56,566 nucleotides of DNA from positions 1 to 56,566 of IMG/VR virus record IMGVR_UViG_3300045988_014023. One strand, given 5' to 3'. Position 1 is the stretch's first letter, and each line of letters starts with the position of its first letter. Of this stretch, positions 8,323 through 18,222 are shown one piece after another. The notes beneath the pieces are model-generated. The model was given only the letters and a program-made list of their open reading frames with translations, was not told the origin of the DNA and searched no databases. Both the position numbers and the translations under genes were made by a program. Source of the stretch: a virus.

Positions 8323-9639
8323 CTAAAACGGACAATTGCCATTGTATGGCTTGAATCCGTCCCCACGTTCTTTCTTCTTGATTTCCGCAACAACATCATC
8401 AAATGGTTTGTCGATTTCAACAAACTTCATGTGATCTCCATCAAACTCCATTGCTTCACGCATTGTCATTCCCTGTCTGTTCTTTTCGATTTTTGCGCCC
8501 TTGGCTCCCTTGTCATTGTCTGACAGATTCCACAGCATAATTATGTTTGACGCATCCTGTTCGATTGCTCCAGATTCCCTCAACTCTGCCATGGTAGGCT
8601 CTTTTGTATCTCTGCTTTCGGAAGCTCTTGTTATCTGTGAAAGTGCTATTACATGTGCATTTAAGTCTCTTGCAACAGATTTTAAACCTCTTGAAATTGA
8701 TGCTACTTCTTCATTTCTTCCGGAATATCTGTTATCCGGCATAAGCAATTGCAGATAGTCAACAACGATAACGTCAAAGTTTTGGTGCCTGCATTCCGAC
8801 TTTATCTCTCTCGGAGATACAGTGCCGGACGCAACCCATAATTGATAATTACTCATTTCTTCATTTGCTCGGTTAAATTTTTCCTGTTCATCTCCAAGAA
8901 AAGCCTTTGCCCTTCTGATTCTCGTTAAGCCGATTCCCGTAAGCCTTGAAATAAATCGCTCATACACCTGTTTGTCAATCATCTCCAAATTGAAATATGC
9001 GACCTTAAGTCCATTTTTTGCCATATTCCCAATAATCTGCGTTGTGAGTGCGGATTTTCCAACTGCCGGTCTTGCAGCAATTACTGTTACATCACCGCGT
9101 TCAAGATCTCCAAGCGCATCATCAAGTTGCGATAACCCGATTTTTATGCCACCCTCTCCAACACTTTCGTTGAAATATTTGTCTTTATTCTCAACTGAAA
9201 TCTGCTTAATTGGTTTTAGCTTTACTTCCCTTCCCTCTTGCAAATGTTCAAGTCTTGTAAGAAGATCGCTGATTGTATCATCAATGTCACATGGTTTTAA
9301 ACTGGATTTCTGATACATGTCACGAACCGTTCTTGCTTTGTATTCTTTCGTAACCGCATCGGCATAGCTTTTAACCATAGTTGAAGTGATTGTTCCGGTA
9401 ATACAGGATTTCATCAATTCGCTAATCTGTTCCTGGGTGTATTTGTGGTTCTCAAGTGCCATCGATAAAGACATTGGGTCAATACTTTCATTTCGGTCAT
9501 ACATGGCAAGCATTTCCTTGTATGCGTCCTGCGCGAAATCAGAACTAAACATTTCCGGTTTCAGCGTTCGCCAAATGCTATTTAGCACATCATTGTCAAT
9601 CAATACGCACCCGATCACTCCGAACTCTGCTTCTGTCAA
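8323..9639 (-). CDS. dnaB: Replicative DNA helicase (DnaB family)
   Basis: 438 aa. Walker A ARPAVGKSALT, then FNLEM, DYLQLL and RGLKSVARDLNAHVIALSQITR, typical of DnaB. Confidence 0.9.
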   Translation of the reverse strand: MTEAEFGVIGCVLIDNDVLNSIWRTLKPEMFSSDFAQDAYKEMLAMYDRNESIDPMSLSMALENHKYTQEQISELMKSCITGTITSTMVKSYADAVTKEYKARTVRDMYQKSSLKPCDIDDTISDLLTRLEHLQEGREVKLKPIKQISVENKDKYFNESVGEGGIKIGLSQLDDALGDLERGDVTVIAARPAVGKSALTTQIIGNMAKNGLKVAYFNLEMIDKQVYERFISRLTGIGLTRIRRAKAFLGDEQEKFNRANEEMSNYQLWVASGTVSPREIKSECRHQNFDVIVVDYLQLLMPDNRYSGRNEEVASISRGLKSVARDLNAHVIALSQITRASESRDTKEPTMAELRESGAIEQDASNIIMLWNLSDNDKGAKGAKIEKNRQGMTMREAMEFDGDHMKFVEIDKPFDDVVAEIKKKERGDGFKPYNGNCPF

Positions 9640-10439
9640 CTACAATCACCTCGTTTTTCCGCAATCTGCAACCAATAGTCGGAATCATTTTTCAACCAAT
9701 CAACATATTTTGGAATGTACCGAAAATCCGTATCGTCTGGATTCTTTTCTTGATAGTCACTCAAATATGCTTCTGTGGCTTTGTATAACAGCCGTGCAAT
9801 GTCCGGTTGGTTCTCTTCGATAACTTCTAGCACTTTATCCATCCAAGCTGTTTTAGAGGTACTATACGCTGTTTTCTTGGGGTATATATTAAAAGTCTTT
9901 TTCCATGCATCGTCAAAATCAAAAAAATCTCCGGAATCGGTCGACGGCGAATTTTCTTTTATATTTTCTTTATCTCTATCTTCTTCTTTTTCTTCTTCTT
10001 TATCTGAAACAGCGACGTCAGACGATTTATCGGGCGATTTTTGTTCAATTAGATTTTTCTGTTTCTTTCTGCGATTCTGCTGATATAGCCTGTCACGTTC
10101 CTTTTTCTTCTCATAAGCATCAAGTGTCTGGTGCTTATTCCAATTCGGAATCGTTATCACGCTGTCAACAACTTCAATCATTCCAAACTCTTCAAAGGTC
10201 TTAAGCGCAAGCCTTACCGTGTTTAAATCTCTGCGAAAAATGGTGGCAAGCATTTCATCCGTGAACGGTAATTTGTTGCTCATCATAAACACACCGTTGT
10301 TATTCTGTTTTCCAGCAAGAATGAGAAGTTTGAACCAAATCGTAATGATGCTATCCGCACTCGGCATACTCTCAATCAGCAGAATCTTTTCATCATCAAA
10401 GACATCTGTTGTGATCTTAATCCACTTGACTTCTGCCAT
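9636..10439 (-). CDS. Phage replisome organizer (N-terminal domain) / DnaD-like
   Basis: 267 aa. The N-terminus MAEVKWIKITTDVFDDEKILLIESMPSADSIITIWFKLLILAGKQNNNG matches the replisome-organizer pattern. Sits directly upstream of dnaB. Confidence 0.8.
   Translation of the reverse strand: MAEVKWIKITTDVFDDEKILLIESMPSADSIITIWFKLLILAGKQNNNGVFMMSNKLPFTDEMLATIFRRDLNTVRLALKTFEEFGMIEVVDSVITIPNWNKHQTLDAYEKKKERDRLYQQNRRKKQKNLIEQKSPDKSSDVAVSDKEEEKEEDRDKENIKENSPSTDSGDFFDFDDAWKKTFNIYPKKTAYSTSKTAWMDKVLEVIEENQPDIARLLYKATEAYLSDYQEKNPDDTDFRYIPKYVDWLKNDSDYWLQIAEKRGDCS
10011..10027 (+). repeat. Iteron copy inside the replisome-organizer gene (AGCGACGTCAGACGATT)
   Basis: The 17-mer is identical to 49143-49159. 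A GGGCGATTT near-repeat follows. Confidence 0.6.
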
Positions 10440-11039
10440 TTAATCACTCTCCTCATATGTATTTTCAGAAATCAAAGCCATAAACTTCTCATACTGTTTT
10501 TCAGAAACTTTGTTGCCCTGTTTCTCCGGCTTCAAACGGATTTCAAGGTGCTTTTCAGCTATATGCGATAATTCCTTGGCAAGGCTCTTTTTGCCCTGCT
10601 TAATGCCGTCATAATAGCCTTTTGCTGGTTTAAATTCGTTTATCTTTTCTTTTCCTGCGCCTTGACCGCCAGCCGTTTTGTTGTAACGGCATTGATAACC
10701 TTTCTTTGTATATTCCAAAATCCAATATTGTTCCATTTCATCAAGTTTCTCTCTCGGATAATGGATAAAATCCAATTTCCATCCATACGGATTTTCTTCA
10801 CTATAAAATCCTCTTTTTTTAATCGAAAGATCTATGTGCTGATAACCGGATAAATGTGAAACATTTCTCTCTAAGCAGTCAACGCTCTGCCCAATGTAAA
10901 AGTAAGATATACCGTTTTCATCAGTCCTCGTGTAGAAATAAATTCCGCTCTGATTTTTCATTCTAGGGCAAACACTTAATATCCGTTTCTCGTTGTTCTT
11001 TTTTATTGCATATAGCTGCTTGTAATTTACATTCGGCAT
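10440..11039 (-). CDS. GIY-YIG nuclease-domain protein (homing-endonuclease-like)
   Basis: 199 aa. GIYFYTRTDENGISYFYIGQSVDCLERNVSH fits the GIY...YIG...R motifs. Confidence 0.65.
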   Translation of the reverse strand: MPNVNYKQLYAIKKNNEKRILSVCPRMKNQSGIYFYTRTDENGISYFYIGQSVDCLERNVSHLSGYQHIDLSIKKRGFYSEENPYGWKLDFIHYPREKLDEMEQYWILEYTKKGYQCRYNKTAGGQGAGKEKINEFKPAKGYYDGIKQGKKSLAKELSHIAEKHLEIRLKPEKQGNKVSEKQYEKFMALISENTYEESD

Positions 11040-11749
11040 TTTCTTCTACCTCTCAATGGCGTTGTTAATATCTCTTCAATAGTCCAACCCATATCCTTTC
11101 TATGTAATAAGCAATGTGCATTTATACCTACTATTTCAGCCCACTCAACAACCCTATGGGTTTGTCCGTTGTGCTCCCAAACAGGCGAACCTGATAAATC
11201 TTTACATTTTTTACTGCAATAAACTGCGTCATTGTAATGACCTCCTCTTTTGGCGTTAAATGATTTATTGCAAATAGGACATATTTTCATATAGTCTTTT
11301 GTGTTTGGATGCTCTCTGTAATAAAGAATCCTTCCGCAGTGATTACTACATGTTTTTTGCCCATTTCTCTGCTTTTTCACAAATTGCTTTCCGCAAACAG
11401 GACATTTTAAAAATTTTTCCTCTAAAGGAATGCTATTTCTTTTGTTTTTAGCTTGTTCTGCATTTGTTACAAACCTGCAATTGCTAGGCTCGTAATTCCC
11501 ATTAACATCAATTCTGTCAATGGTTAAAATGTTCAATCCCTTATCCGTCTTTTCCTCTTTATACCCGTTTGCGATTGCCCAATCGTGGAAACTTAGAAAA
11601 TCATTCTTCCATTCATCACACATTGCAATCCCTCTTCCACCGTAATTTTTATAGTCGCGAGAAGTTTTGCAATAGCAACGATATTTAATACTTTTCCACA
11701 GAGGATATAATCTACCGCATTTATTTGATAATCCGTGTTTATATCCCAT
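11027..11749 (-). CDS. Homing-endonuclease-like DNA-binding protein with Zn ribbons
   Basis: 240 aa. YKNYGGRGIAMCDEWKNDFLSFHDWAIANGY...LTIDRIDVNGNYEPSNCRFV (HNH_3/AP2-like pattern) plus CPVCGK...C..HC and CPICNK...CSKKC ribbons. Confidence 0.5.
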   Translation of the reverse strand: MGYKHGLSNKCGRLYPLWKSIKYRCYCKTSRDYKNYGGRGIAMCDEWKNDFLSFHDWAIANGYKEEKTDKGLNILTIDRIDVNGNYEPSNCRFVTNAEQAKNKRNSIPLEEKFLKCPVCGKQFVKKQRNGQKTCSNHCGRILYYREHPNTKDYMKICPICNKSFNAKRGGHYNDAVYCSKKCKDLSGSPVWEHNGQTHRVVEWAEIVGINAHCLLHRKDMGWTIEEILTTPLRGRRKCRM

Positions 11750-11753
11750 CCAA

Positions 11754-12101
11754 TCACTTCCTCTCCAATGGCTTCATGCTCATTTGAGCCACAAACTTTC
11801 CGTAGCTCATTCCGGAGGCGCGTGCCATATGATTCACAGCCTTGATTACATCGTCCTTTTTCTTTGGCTTTCTCAAGCGTTCTTTAACGTCAATGCTGAT
11901 GCAGTCTTGGCAATCAACTTTGCGTTCATCTATCGTCATAAACAGCCTGCCACATTTCGGGCATATTCTTGTATACACAATTCTTCCAGCCTTTTTAAAA
12001 TTTCTAAACTGCGCAGATCTTCTTGCACAGTCGGGTCTACAGTATTTCTGATCTGGTCGCTTCGGCTCAAATTCAACCATACAGTATTCACATAATTTCA
12101 A
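11754..12101 (-). CDS. Zn-ribbon protein, hypothetical
   Basis: 115 aa with CEYC...CRPDC and CPKC...CQDC pairs. Confidence 0.5.
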   Translation of the reverse strand: MKLCEYCMVEFEPKRPDQKYCRPDCARRSAQFRNFKKAGRIVYTRICPKCGRLFMTIDERKVDCQDCISIDVKERLRKPKKKDDVIKAVNHMARASGMSYGKFVAQMSMKPLERK

Positions 12102-12237
12102 TTTTTACCTCCAATCTTTTGTAAGGGCGGTGCGGTAAACGCACCGCCAAAACATGGCTTTCAATAAGCTTGTGATAACTATTATTCGCCAAACAAGATA
12201 GTTTCTTTTAGGCTTTCGCCAAGGTGTTTCAACCTAA

Positions 12238-12576
12238 TTATTCTTTTTCAAGTTCCGCTTTGATGGTCTCAAGTTTTTTCTCTTCATATTCAAGACGTGC
12301 TCGGCAACTCTCAACAATAGTGCCCTGCCTGCTAATAAGCATTTCAACAGCTTTTTTCTTGTTTTTCTCCGTCAGAATGACCCTATCCCGGCTGTAACCG
12401 CTTAACACACCAATTTCGTCCTTGCGGATTCTCTGTCCTTTATATCCAAATTCGGATTTTTCAGTAATGATATACGTTTTTGGCTTTTCTTCTACGTCTG
12501 CTTCTCTACAAGAAAATTTATTGCCCCAAAAACTGTAAATGTATAATTTCGTCTTTTCTCCTTTCAGAACGGACAA
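12238..12576 (-). CDS. Hypothetical protein
   Basis: 112-aa ORF overlapping the upstream gene end. Confidence 0.5.
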   Translation of the reverse strand: MSVLKGEKTKLYIYSFWGNKFSCREADVEEKPKTYIITEKSEFGYKGQRIRKDEIGVLSGYSRDRVILTEKNKKKAVEMLISRQGTIVESCRARLEYEEKKLETIKAELEKE

Positions 12577-13301
12577 AGGTTCATATCAACCTCTAGTCCT
12601 TTTTCTGCAACATAAACATTTGATCCATATTCAATTATTTCTTTCGTTCGTTGTAGGAATAACGCGGGATCTCCGCTTGTGTCCGATAAGTGTATTAAAA
12701 CGACATTTCGTAAAGCTGGGTTGTCGTTTGTCTGAATAAATTTAAGTGTTGTATCAAGGCTCATATGCCCTCGTAAACGGTGTTCATAATTTGGCTCATT
12801 CCGGTCTACCAAGTCCATGCTATAATTGGCTTCAACCATGATATGCTCAACCTTTATGCCGGAAAAGTCATATTTGCAATATTCCAAGTCGGTCAAGAAT
12901 AACAGTTTACCCATTTCCTCATGCTCGATTAAATAACCGTAGCACTCGATTTCTGTATCATGCGGTACATTGAAGGGTGTTACCGTAAAACTGCCGATTT
13001 GCCGTGCTCTGCGTGGTGGAATGGCTATTGTACGTTCTCCGGTAATAACTTCTAGTGCGGTTTGTGTTTCAAATGCCGTATAAACCGGAATACCGGATTG
13101 CATGAAATCTTTTATGTATCGTGCATGGTCTCCGTGTTCGTGACTCACAATGCATCCAGCCACGTTCGAGATTTTCCAATCAATCATTTTCTTAAAATCA
13201 AGAAATTTACATCCGGCTTCAATTGCAAGGATTTCTCCGTTATCGGCAATTAAGGCGTATGAGTTGCCGGAACTACTTGACCCCAAAACTCTAAGTTTCA
13301 T
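12564..13301 (-). CDS. MBL-fold metallo-hydrolase (possible recombination nuclease partner)
   Basis: 245 aa with the HEHGDH metal-binding motif. Located just downstream of recT. Confidence 0.8.
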   Translation of the reverse strand: MKLRVLGSSSSGNSYALIADNGEILAIEAGCKFLDFKKMIDWKISNVAGCIVSHEHGDHARYIKDFMQSGIPVYTAFETQTALEVITGERTIAIPPRRARQIGSFTVTPFNVPHDTEIECYGYLIEHEEMGKLLFLTDLEYCKYDFSGIKVEHIMVEANYSMDLVDRNEPNYEHRLRGHMSLDTTLKFIQTNDNPALRNVVLIHLSDTSGDPALFLQRTKEIIEYGSNVYVAEKGLEVDMNLCPF

Positions 13302-13304
13302 ACC

Positions 13305-13670
13305 CTACTCCAATTCTTCCTCTGCGGGAAACCGAAAGATAACATTGTTAATGCATTCTACTTTTGACGGCTGATTATCTGCTCGCACCAACACACCGCA
13401 TTTCTTTAATCTTTCAAATTCCTTCACCACATCTTCTGAAACATCAATATTCTGCATTACGATAGGTATACCGATATATGCATCTCTAAGCATTTCCATA
13501 GCTTTCTCGGCTTTTTCTTCCGTGGAATATTCAGCAATTTGCATGTCATCGTTAAGTGACTCAACACCTGTTAAGTTTTTATTCAGGAAATAAATCCTTG
13601 ACTTAAATCTCTGAATAATCACCATTTCATATGGCATATCAATCGTTCCGTCCTGTGATATAATTCTCAT
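13305..13670 (-). CDS. Hypothetical protein
   Basis: Track ORF 13305..13685. Start trimmed to MRIISQDG (GAGGAGGG RBS). Confidence 0.5.
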   Translation of the reverse strand: MRIISQDGTIDMPYEMVIIQRFKSRIYFLNKNLTGVESLNDDMQIAEYSTEEKAEKAMEMLRDAYIGIPIVMQNIDVSEDVVKEFERLKKCGVLVRADNQPSKVECINNVIFRFPAEEELE

Positions 13671-13681
13671 AGAAACCCTCC

Positions 13682-13894
13682 TCATCTAAAAAACAGAAAC
13701 CAAATAAGTGCCACGAACGAATCAATGAGTGCTGCGATAAACACGATTGCAAAAACAACCCTACCAAAAGTGTCCTTGTAAGGAACGCCAAGAGCATGAA
13801 GTCTTTTTTCTTCTGGACTAATGCCGGAAGCAACAAACTTTCCTATAACGAAGAACAACACCCATAACAAAATTGCAATTTTAACAAAAATCAT
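13682..13894 (-). CDS. Small membrane protein
   Basis: 70 aa with two hydrophobic segments. Confidence 0.5.
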   Translation of the reverse strand: MIFVKIAILLWVLFFVIGKFVASGISPEEKRLHALGVPYKDTFGRVVFAIVFIAALIDSFVALIWFLFFR

Positions 13895-13902
13895 AATTCC
13901 TC

Positions 13903-14688
13903 CTAATCTTTCATAAAGTCCGGTACGTTCTCGTCATTCTCAACGACTTCTCCGGCTACTTTCTCTGGCTCGACTGCTGCACTTTCGGTTGAACAAGGTT
14001 CCGCCGTAACAAATGGCTCACTGTTGGCGTTCTCCGTAATATCACGCTTGACCTGTTTCTGTAAATCTTCCATCGGATATTCCTTGAAATCGCCATCCTC
14101 GATTTCTTCCTTGGTATAAAGTCCCATTGTCAGTTCTGGGCAATTCAGACTAGAGAAAAAGGATGCCGCTCTGTAACGAAGCATTAACTGTGGCATGGTT
14201 TTCCACTTGCTACCGTTCTTCTTCGTCCAACCTTCATCATCTGCCATCTGCATATTAACTTCCATGCCCTCAATTCTTCGACCATTTTTCATAGTCCACG
14301 CAGTGCAAGAATAAGGTTTTCCGTTCTTGCCCTTGGTTTCGTCGTACTGCAACTCCATGTCGAATTTGCTGCTAGCATTGATAGACGCGATCAAAAACTT
14401 ACTGCTCCAGCTTGGCTTGCCCTGTATCAGAAAAAGGTTCTGCATAACCATAAGTGGGCTGATGTGCATTCTCTGCGCCTGCTCAATGGCGATCAAACAG
14501 TTAGATGGATTTTTCTGATACGTCTGCGGAACTATTGTTGACTCGGCTAACGCTTTTGCCATCTGCATAGCCATGATGAAATTGTCGGATGTTCCGAAAA
14601 TTCCAAGGCTGTAATCGGTAACCTTGTTGTTGTGTGTCGCAACCTCTGTCTTTTCTTCTGCCTTTACTAATTCTGCGTTCTCTGCCAT
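13903..14688 (-). CDS. recT: RecT-family single-strand annealing protein
   Basis: 261 aa. ...NCLIAIEQAQRMHISPLMVMQNLFLIQGKPSWSSKFL...MPQLMLRYRAASFF fits the RecT pattern. Confidence 0.75.
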   Translation of the reverse strand: MAENAELVKAEEKTEVATHNNKVTDYSLGIFGTSDNFIMAMQMAKALAESTIVPQTYQKNPSNCLIAIEQAQRMHISPLMVMQNLFLIQGKPSWSSKFLIASINASSKFDMELQYDETKGKNGKPYSCTAWTMKNGRRIEGMEVNMQMADDEGWTKKNGSKWKTMPQLMLRYRAASFFSSLNCPELTMGLYTKEEIEDGDFKEYPMEDLQKQVKRDITENANSEPFVTAEPCSTESAAVEPEKVAGEVVENDENVPDFMKD

Positions 14689-14694
14689 AATTAT

Positions 14695-14919
14695 TTATTC
14701 CTCGCTTTCTCCGGCATCTACCGGCTCTTCATACTTTTTCACAACCGCCACCTTATCAGCACCGTAGGTCTCCACCCACTTCATATCCACGATTTCATCT
14801 GTAACTGCCAGCTTTGCACACTTAGCATTTACAACCGTGTCACCGGCTTTTACGGAATCCTCGGTCTTAAAGATGTAACTGCGTGTGCTGTTTGGGTATT
14901 TTGCTTTGATATACTGCAT
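14695..14919 (-). CDS. Hypothetical protein
   Basis: 74-aa ORF in the operon. Confidence 0.45.
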   Translation of the reverse strand: MQYIKAKYPNSTRSYIFKTEDSVKAGDTVVNAKCAKLAVTDEIVDMKWVETYGADKVAVVKKYEEPVDAGESEE

Positions 14920-14921
14920 AA

Positions 14922-15098
14922 TTACCTCTCCTTTTTCACATATCCATTTGACAAATTTTCAAGAATACGCAAAAGTCTTTCGTTTGTTTCTGAGACTTTT
15001 CTAAGTTTTTCTATATGGCTATATTTATTACGCTCAAGGTCATTTACCCTTGTTCGCAAATCCGAGTTTTCAGCCTTCAACTTTTCAATATCATCCAT
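14922..15098 (-). CDS. Hypothetical coiled-coil protein
   Basis: Track ORF 14922..15224. The likely start is MDDIEKLK (GAGAGG RBS). Confidence 0.4.
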   Translation of the reverse strand: MDDIEKLKAENSDLRTRVNDLERNKYSHIEKLRKVSETNERLLRILENLSNGYVKKER

Positions 15099-15265
15099 GT
15101 ACACGACCTCTCTTTCCTTTATTTCTCGCGTCTTTTTCGCAATACGGAAGAGAACAATGTCCGTCTCTTCCCCAGAACCCTTTACTTGCACTCTTCCAAC
15201 GCTTGCACGACATACACCGTGCATCCGGCTGTGTGATGTTGTTGCTTGTCCCTACTCTTGACATT

Positions 15266-17263
15266 CTACACACCCTCCACTTTCAACTGTTTGTCCTTGG
15301 AAACCGTCAGAAGAATTAGCTGGGTATCAACGACCGGCACATATTCGTCATTGATGCTCTCAGCACCATCAAGGAAGATAGGAACATACATATTAAAGAA
15401 CTTCTGAAAACTGTTGCAAATATCAATCTTCGCTTCAATTTCTCTGCCAGTGTTAGTCGTGTCACCGAACACCTTGTAAATGCCAGCTTCTTCATCAAGC
15501 ACCGTAGGAATACAAACTTCCTTATATTCTCCGTTTTTCTGGAAATCGAACAACTTCCAACGTACAATACCGAAATGCTGATTGATTTCTTCAACAAGTA
15601 ACTTATCCTTTCGTTTTGAAACTTCTTTGAGCTGATAAAGAATCCTCTCGGCATCTGCCTTTGCTTGTCCATACTCGCTCTGTTTATGTTGCATATCTGC
15701 AATCTGTTCATCAATGCGAACATTGTTTTCAGCCTGTGCAATAATCTTATTTACTTCATCAAGCTGGCTCTTTAATTTTGTAATATCAGCTTTTGCGTAA
15801 TCAGCCGCCTTATCTGTGCCCTTGGATTCTAACTCTGCAATATCAGCAAGCAATTTATCCTGTTTAGCCTTTAACTTGGCATATTCAGCGTTCTGCATAC
15901 AATAAGCGAAAGACGGAATCTCAGAAATCTGTTCATCGAATTTCTTGATAATGTCAATTTCTTCCGCTTCGTGCAGTTTCAAGGCGTTAATCATGTTTTC
16001 TAATTTCTTGTTATCCTTGGTCAACTTCTTAATCATTTCAGCACACGCATTTCCATCATCAACAATCATGGCAAGTGTTTTCGCGTGTTCTTCATTAAAT
16101 ATTTCGATTGCATCTGCCTTTCTCTGCGAAAAATCGGCTCTTAAAGACTCTATTTTATCTTCTGGCAACTTCTGACCGCACAGTGAACAAACAGTGCTAT
16201 TTTCATCAAATACCCACTTGGAATCATCAAACTTCTTTTCCTTTTCCTCTTTGTACTTTTTTACAAGGTCGGCTTTCTTAATAGTCTGTTCGGAAATTGT
16301 TTTCTTATTTCTTTCAATGGAATCCTGCGCTTTTCTGATAGATGAACGAACATCCTCTAACTTCCGTTCGTGGTTATATTTTTGATTTTCAATCTCACGT
16401 TTCTTGCTTGAAAGTTCGTCATTCATGGTCTGCGCGATAGCTGACATTTCAAACTGACAATGCATTTCTTCGCTGCGCATTTCATCAATCCGAACATCAG
16501 ATTTCGCCATTAAATCTTCAAGTGCTTCAATCTTTCTCTCTAAGTCGGCTTTCAATAACTCCTGCTCCGCCACATCTACATCAACCTTTGCTTTCTCCAG
16601 CCCGATGATCTGATTTGGAATAGCGTCTAACTGCTCAACCGCCTTTTTCTTGGAAGCGTTATTCATGGCTTCAATTTCCTCGAATTTATAAGATTCAAGT
16701 AGTTTTGCAACATCGGCTGTATCTTTGCACATTTTCGCAATCTCTAAATCTGTTTTTGCACTTGCCATAGCGAATAAGGATTTTCTCATTTCATCCTGTT
16801 TTTTCTTCAACGACAAATCCTTAGTGAACGCATTCGGGTGCGAACAAATGAGGAATTTATCAAACTCAAACCCTAATTCTTCCAGATATGCCTTAAAATC
16901 ACGTTCTGTCTTAGGCACAGAATTGATCTCATATGTATTTGTGATAGTAACTTTCGAAACTCCATTTTTATCCGGTTTTCCAACTTTTCGCTTCTGCATC
17001 TTGGAAAGAGTGATTTCTTTTCCACCTACATCGACAGTTGCAGTAACGGTTGGAATGCAATCTTCTGCATTGTCCGGTTTGATGTTCGGGTTGCTTGTAA
17101 GTTCATAGTTCTTATCAGAAATCAGCCAGTACCATGCCGCCCCGATTGTGGTCTTTCCTCTCCGGTTCATGCCGGAAACCCTTGTTGTCTTGCCAAATTC
17201 GTATGTCTTATCCTTTACCCCTTTGAAATTCTCTATATGTAACGATTTCAAAATCATTCGCAT
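15266..17263 (-). CDS. AAA/SMC-like ATPase (RecF/SbcC/Rad50-like)
   Basis: 665 aa. N-terminal LHIENFKGV...GMNRRGKTT (Walker A), a long coiled-coil middle, and C-terminal IFLDGAESI (Walker B/D-loop-like). Confidence 0.8.
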   Translation of the reverse strand: MRMILKSLHIENFKGVKDKTYEFGKTTRVSGMNRRGKTTIGAAWYWLISDKNYELTSNPNIKPDNAEDCIPTVTATVDVGGKEITLSKMQKRKVGKPDKNGVSKVTITNTYEINSVPKTERDFKAYLEELGFEFDKFLICSHPNAFTKDLSLKKKQDEMRKSLFAMASAKTDLEIAKMCKDTADVAKLLESYKFEEIEAMNNASKKKAVEQLDAIPNQIIGLEKAKVDVDVAEQELLKADLERKIEALEDLMAKSDVRIDEMRSEEMHCQFEMSAIAQTMNDELSSKKREIENQKYNHERKLEDVRSSIRKAQDSIERNKKTISEQTIKKADLVKKYKEEKEKKFDDSKWVFDENSTVCSLCGQKLPEDKIESLRADFSQRKADAIEIFNEEHAKTLAMIVDDGNACAEMIKKLTKDNKKLENMINALKLHEAEEIDIIKKFDEQISEIPSFAYCMQNAEYAKLKAKQDKLLADIAELESKGTDKAADYAKADITKLKSQLDEVNKIIAQAENNVRIDEQIADMQHKQSEYGQAKADAERILYQLKEVSKRKDKLLVEEINQHFGIVRWKLFDFQKNGEYKEVCIPTVLDEEAGIYKVFGDTTNTGREIEAKIDICNSFQKFFNMYVPIFLDGAESINDEYVPVVDTQLILLTVSKDKQLKVEGV

Positions 17264-17265
17264 TA

Positions 17266-17850
17266 TTACACCCCCACGATTCCTTTTATTGATAACTCAT
17301 ATGTAACTTTTTCCACAACGCAACCATCTTTACACGTTTTCTTATATCTCCTGCTCTGCAATCTGCCGTATGCGCTTACCTTATCGCCTAAAGCAAGTGA
17401 GTCCGTATACTCTGCACACTTTCCCCATGTAATGCAAGTAATTAAATCCTCTTTTCCATTTTCTCTTAAGGTTTTGAGTTTCACATCACAGATTTTACGA
17501 CCAAGTGGTGTTTCTCTAAGCTGCTTTTCCTCGATAATTCCATCAAGGCTTACTTCATTCAAAGGGCTATCGTCCTCTGGTTTTGTGATTGTATCAGCCA
17601 TAACATATGTAAGAATGGCTTTTCCGGGTCCTGTTTTTACGCGCCTGGTAATTATCTTCCCACTGACGAATACTGTTCCGCTGATTTCTGTATCGCTAAT
17701 TTCTTTGTCAAACAGTACCGGAAGTATATCTGCAACACCGCTTTTTCTTTCAACTCCGATGAAAAATTTATAAAAAATCTTACCGCTTGATTTATGGCTT
17801 TCCCTTGGTGCTGATACAACATCACCGATCAGTGTTATTTTGTTCTCCAT
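17266..17850 (-). CDS. ssb: SSB-like protein with two OB-fold-like halves
   Basis: Start set at MENKITLIGDVV (GGAAGGAG RBS). ITLIGDVVSAP... and ...VSAYGRLQSRRYKK resemble SSB OB-fold edges. Confidence 0.55.
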   Translation of the reverse strand: MENKITLIGDVVSAPRESHKSSGKIFYKFFIGVERKSGVADILPVLFDKEISDTEISGTVFVSGKIITRRVKTGPGKAILTYVMADTITKPEDDSPLNEVSLDGIIEEKQLRETPLGRKICDVKLKTLRENGKEDLITCITWGKCAEYTDSLALGDKVSAYGRLQSRRYKKTCKDGCVVEKVTYELSIKGIVGV

Positions 17851-17991
17851 TGCTTCTCCTTCCCATTTCTCTGTCAAGAACCTTTTCAAAATTATCTTTA
17901 TCATTCTGTTTCTTTCGTTTCCCTGCCAAAAGTTCAGCAAGCATACGCTTTTCTTTCGTGGAACATCTCGTGCCACTTATATACACAACGC

Positions 17992-18222
17992 CTACCATGC
18001 ATCCTCTCTCATTCTGCGTTTTCTCTTAATTCGCTTGTCAAGTTCAGCTCTCTTTCGGTCTATTTCCGACCAGTAATACATGATTGCCGCAATTACTGCC
18101 CCTACTACGAATTTAATAGCTGACACATTCCCGGCCGCGCCCTCGCTATCCATATAGCAAGCGGCAACCAAGGAATACTCCATTGCAACCGCACCTATGA
18201 TGAATTGGATTACTTTTTTCAT
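17992..18222 (-). CDS. Small membrane protein
   Basis: 76 aa with two TM-like segments and a basic tail. Confidence 0.5.
   Translation of the reverse strand: MKKVIQFIIGAVAMEYSLVAACYMDSEGAAGNVSAIKFVVGAVIAAIMYYWSEIDRKRAELDKRIKRKRRMREDAW

Noticed and set aside
12126-12148. The perfect 9-bp GC hairpin GGCGGTGCG-GTAAA-CGCACCGCC as an intrinsic terminator
   Set aside because: Neither strand has a U-tract after the stem. It may be an RNA stability element or a protein-binding element, but I cannot support a terminator call.
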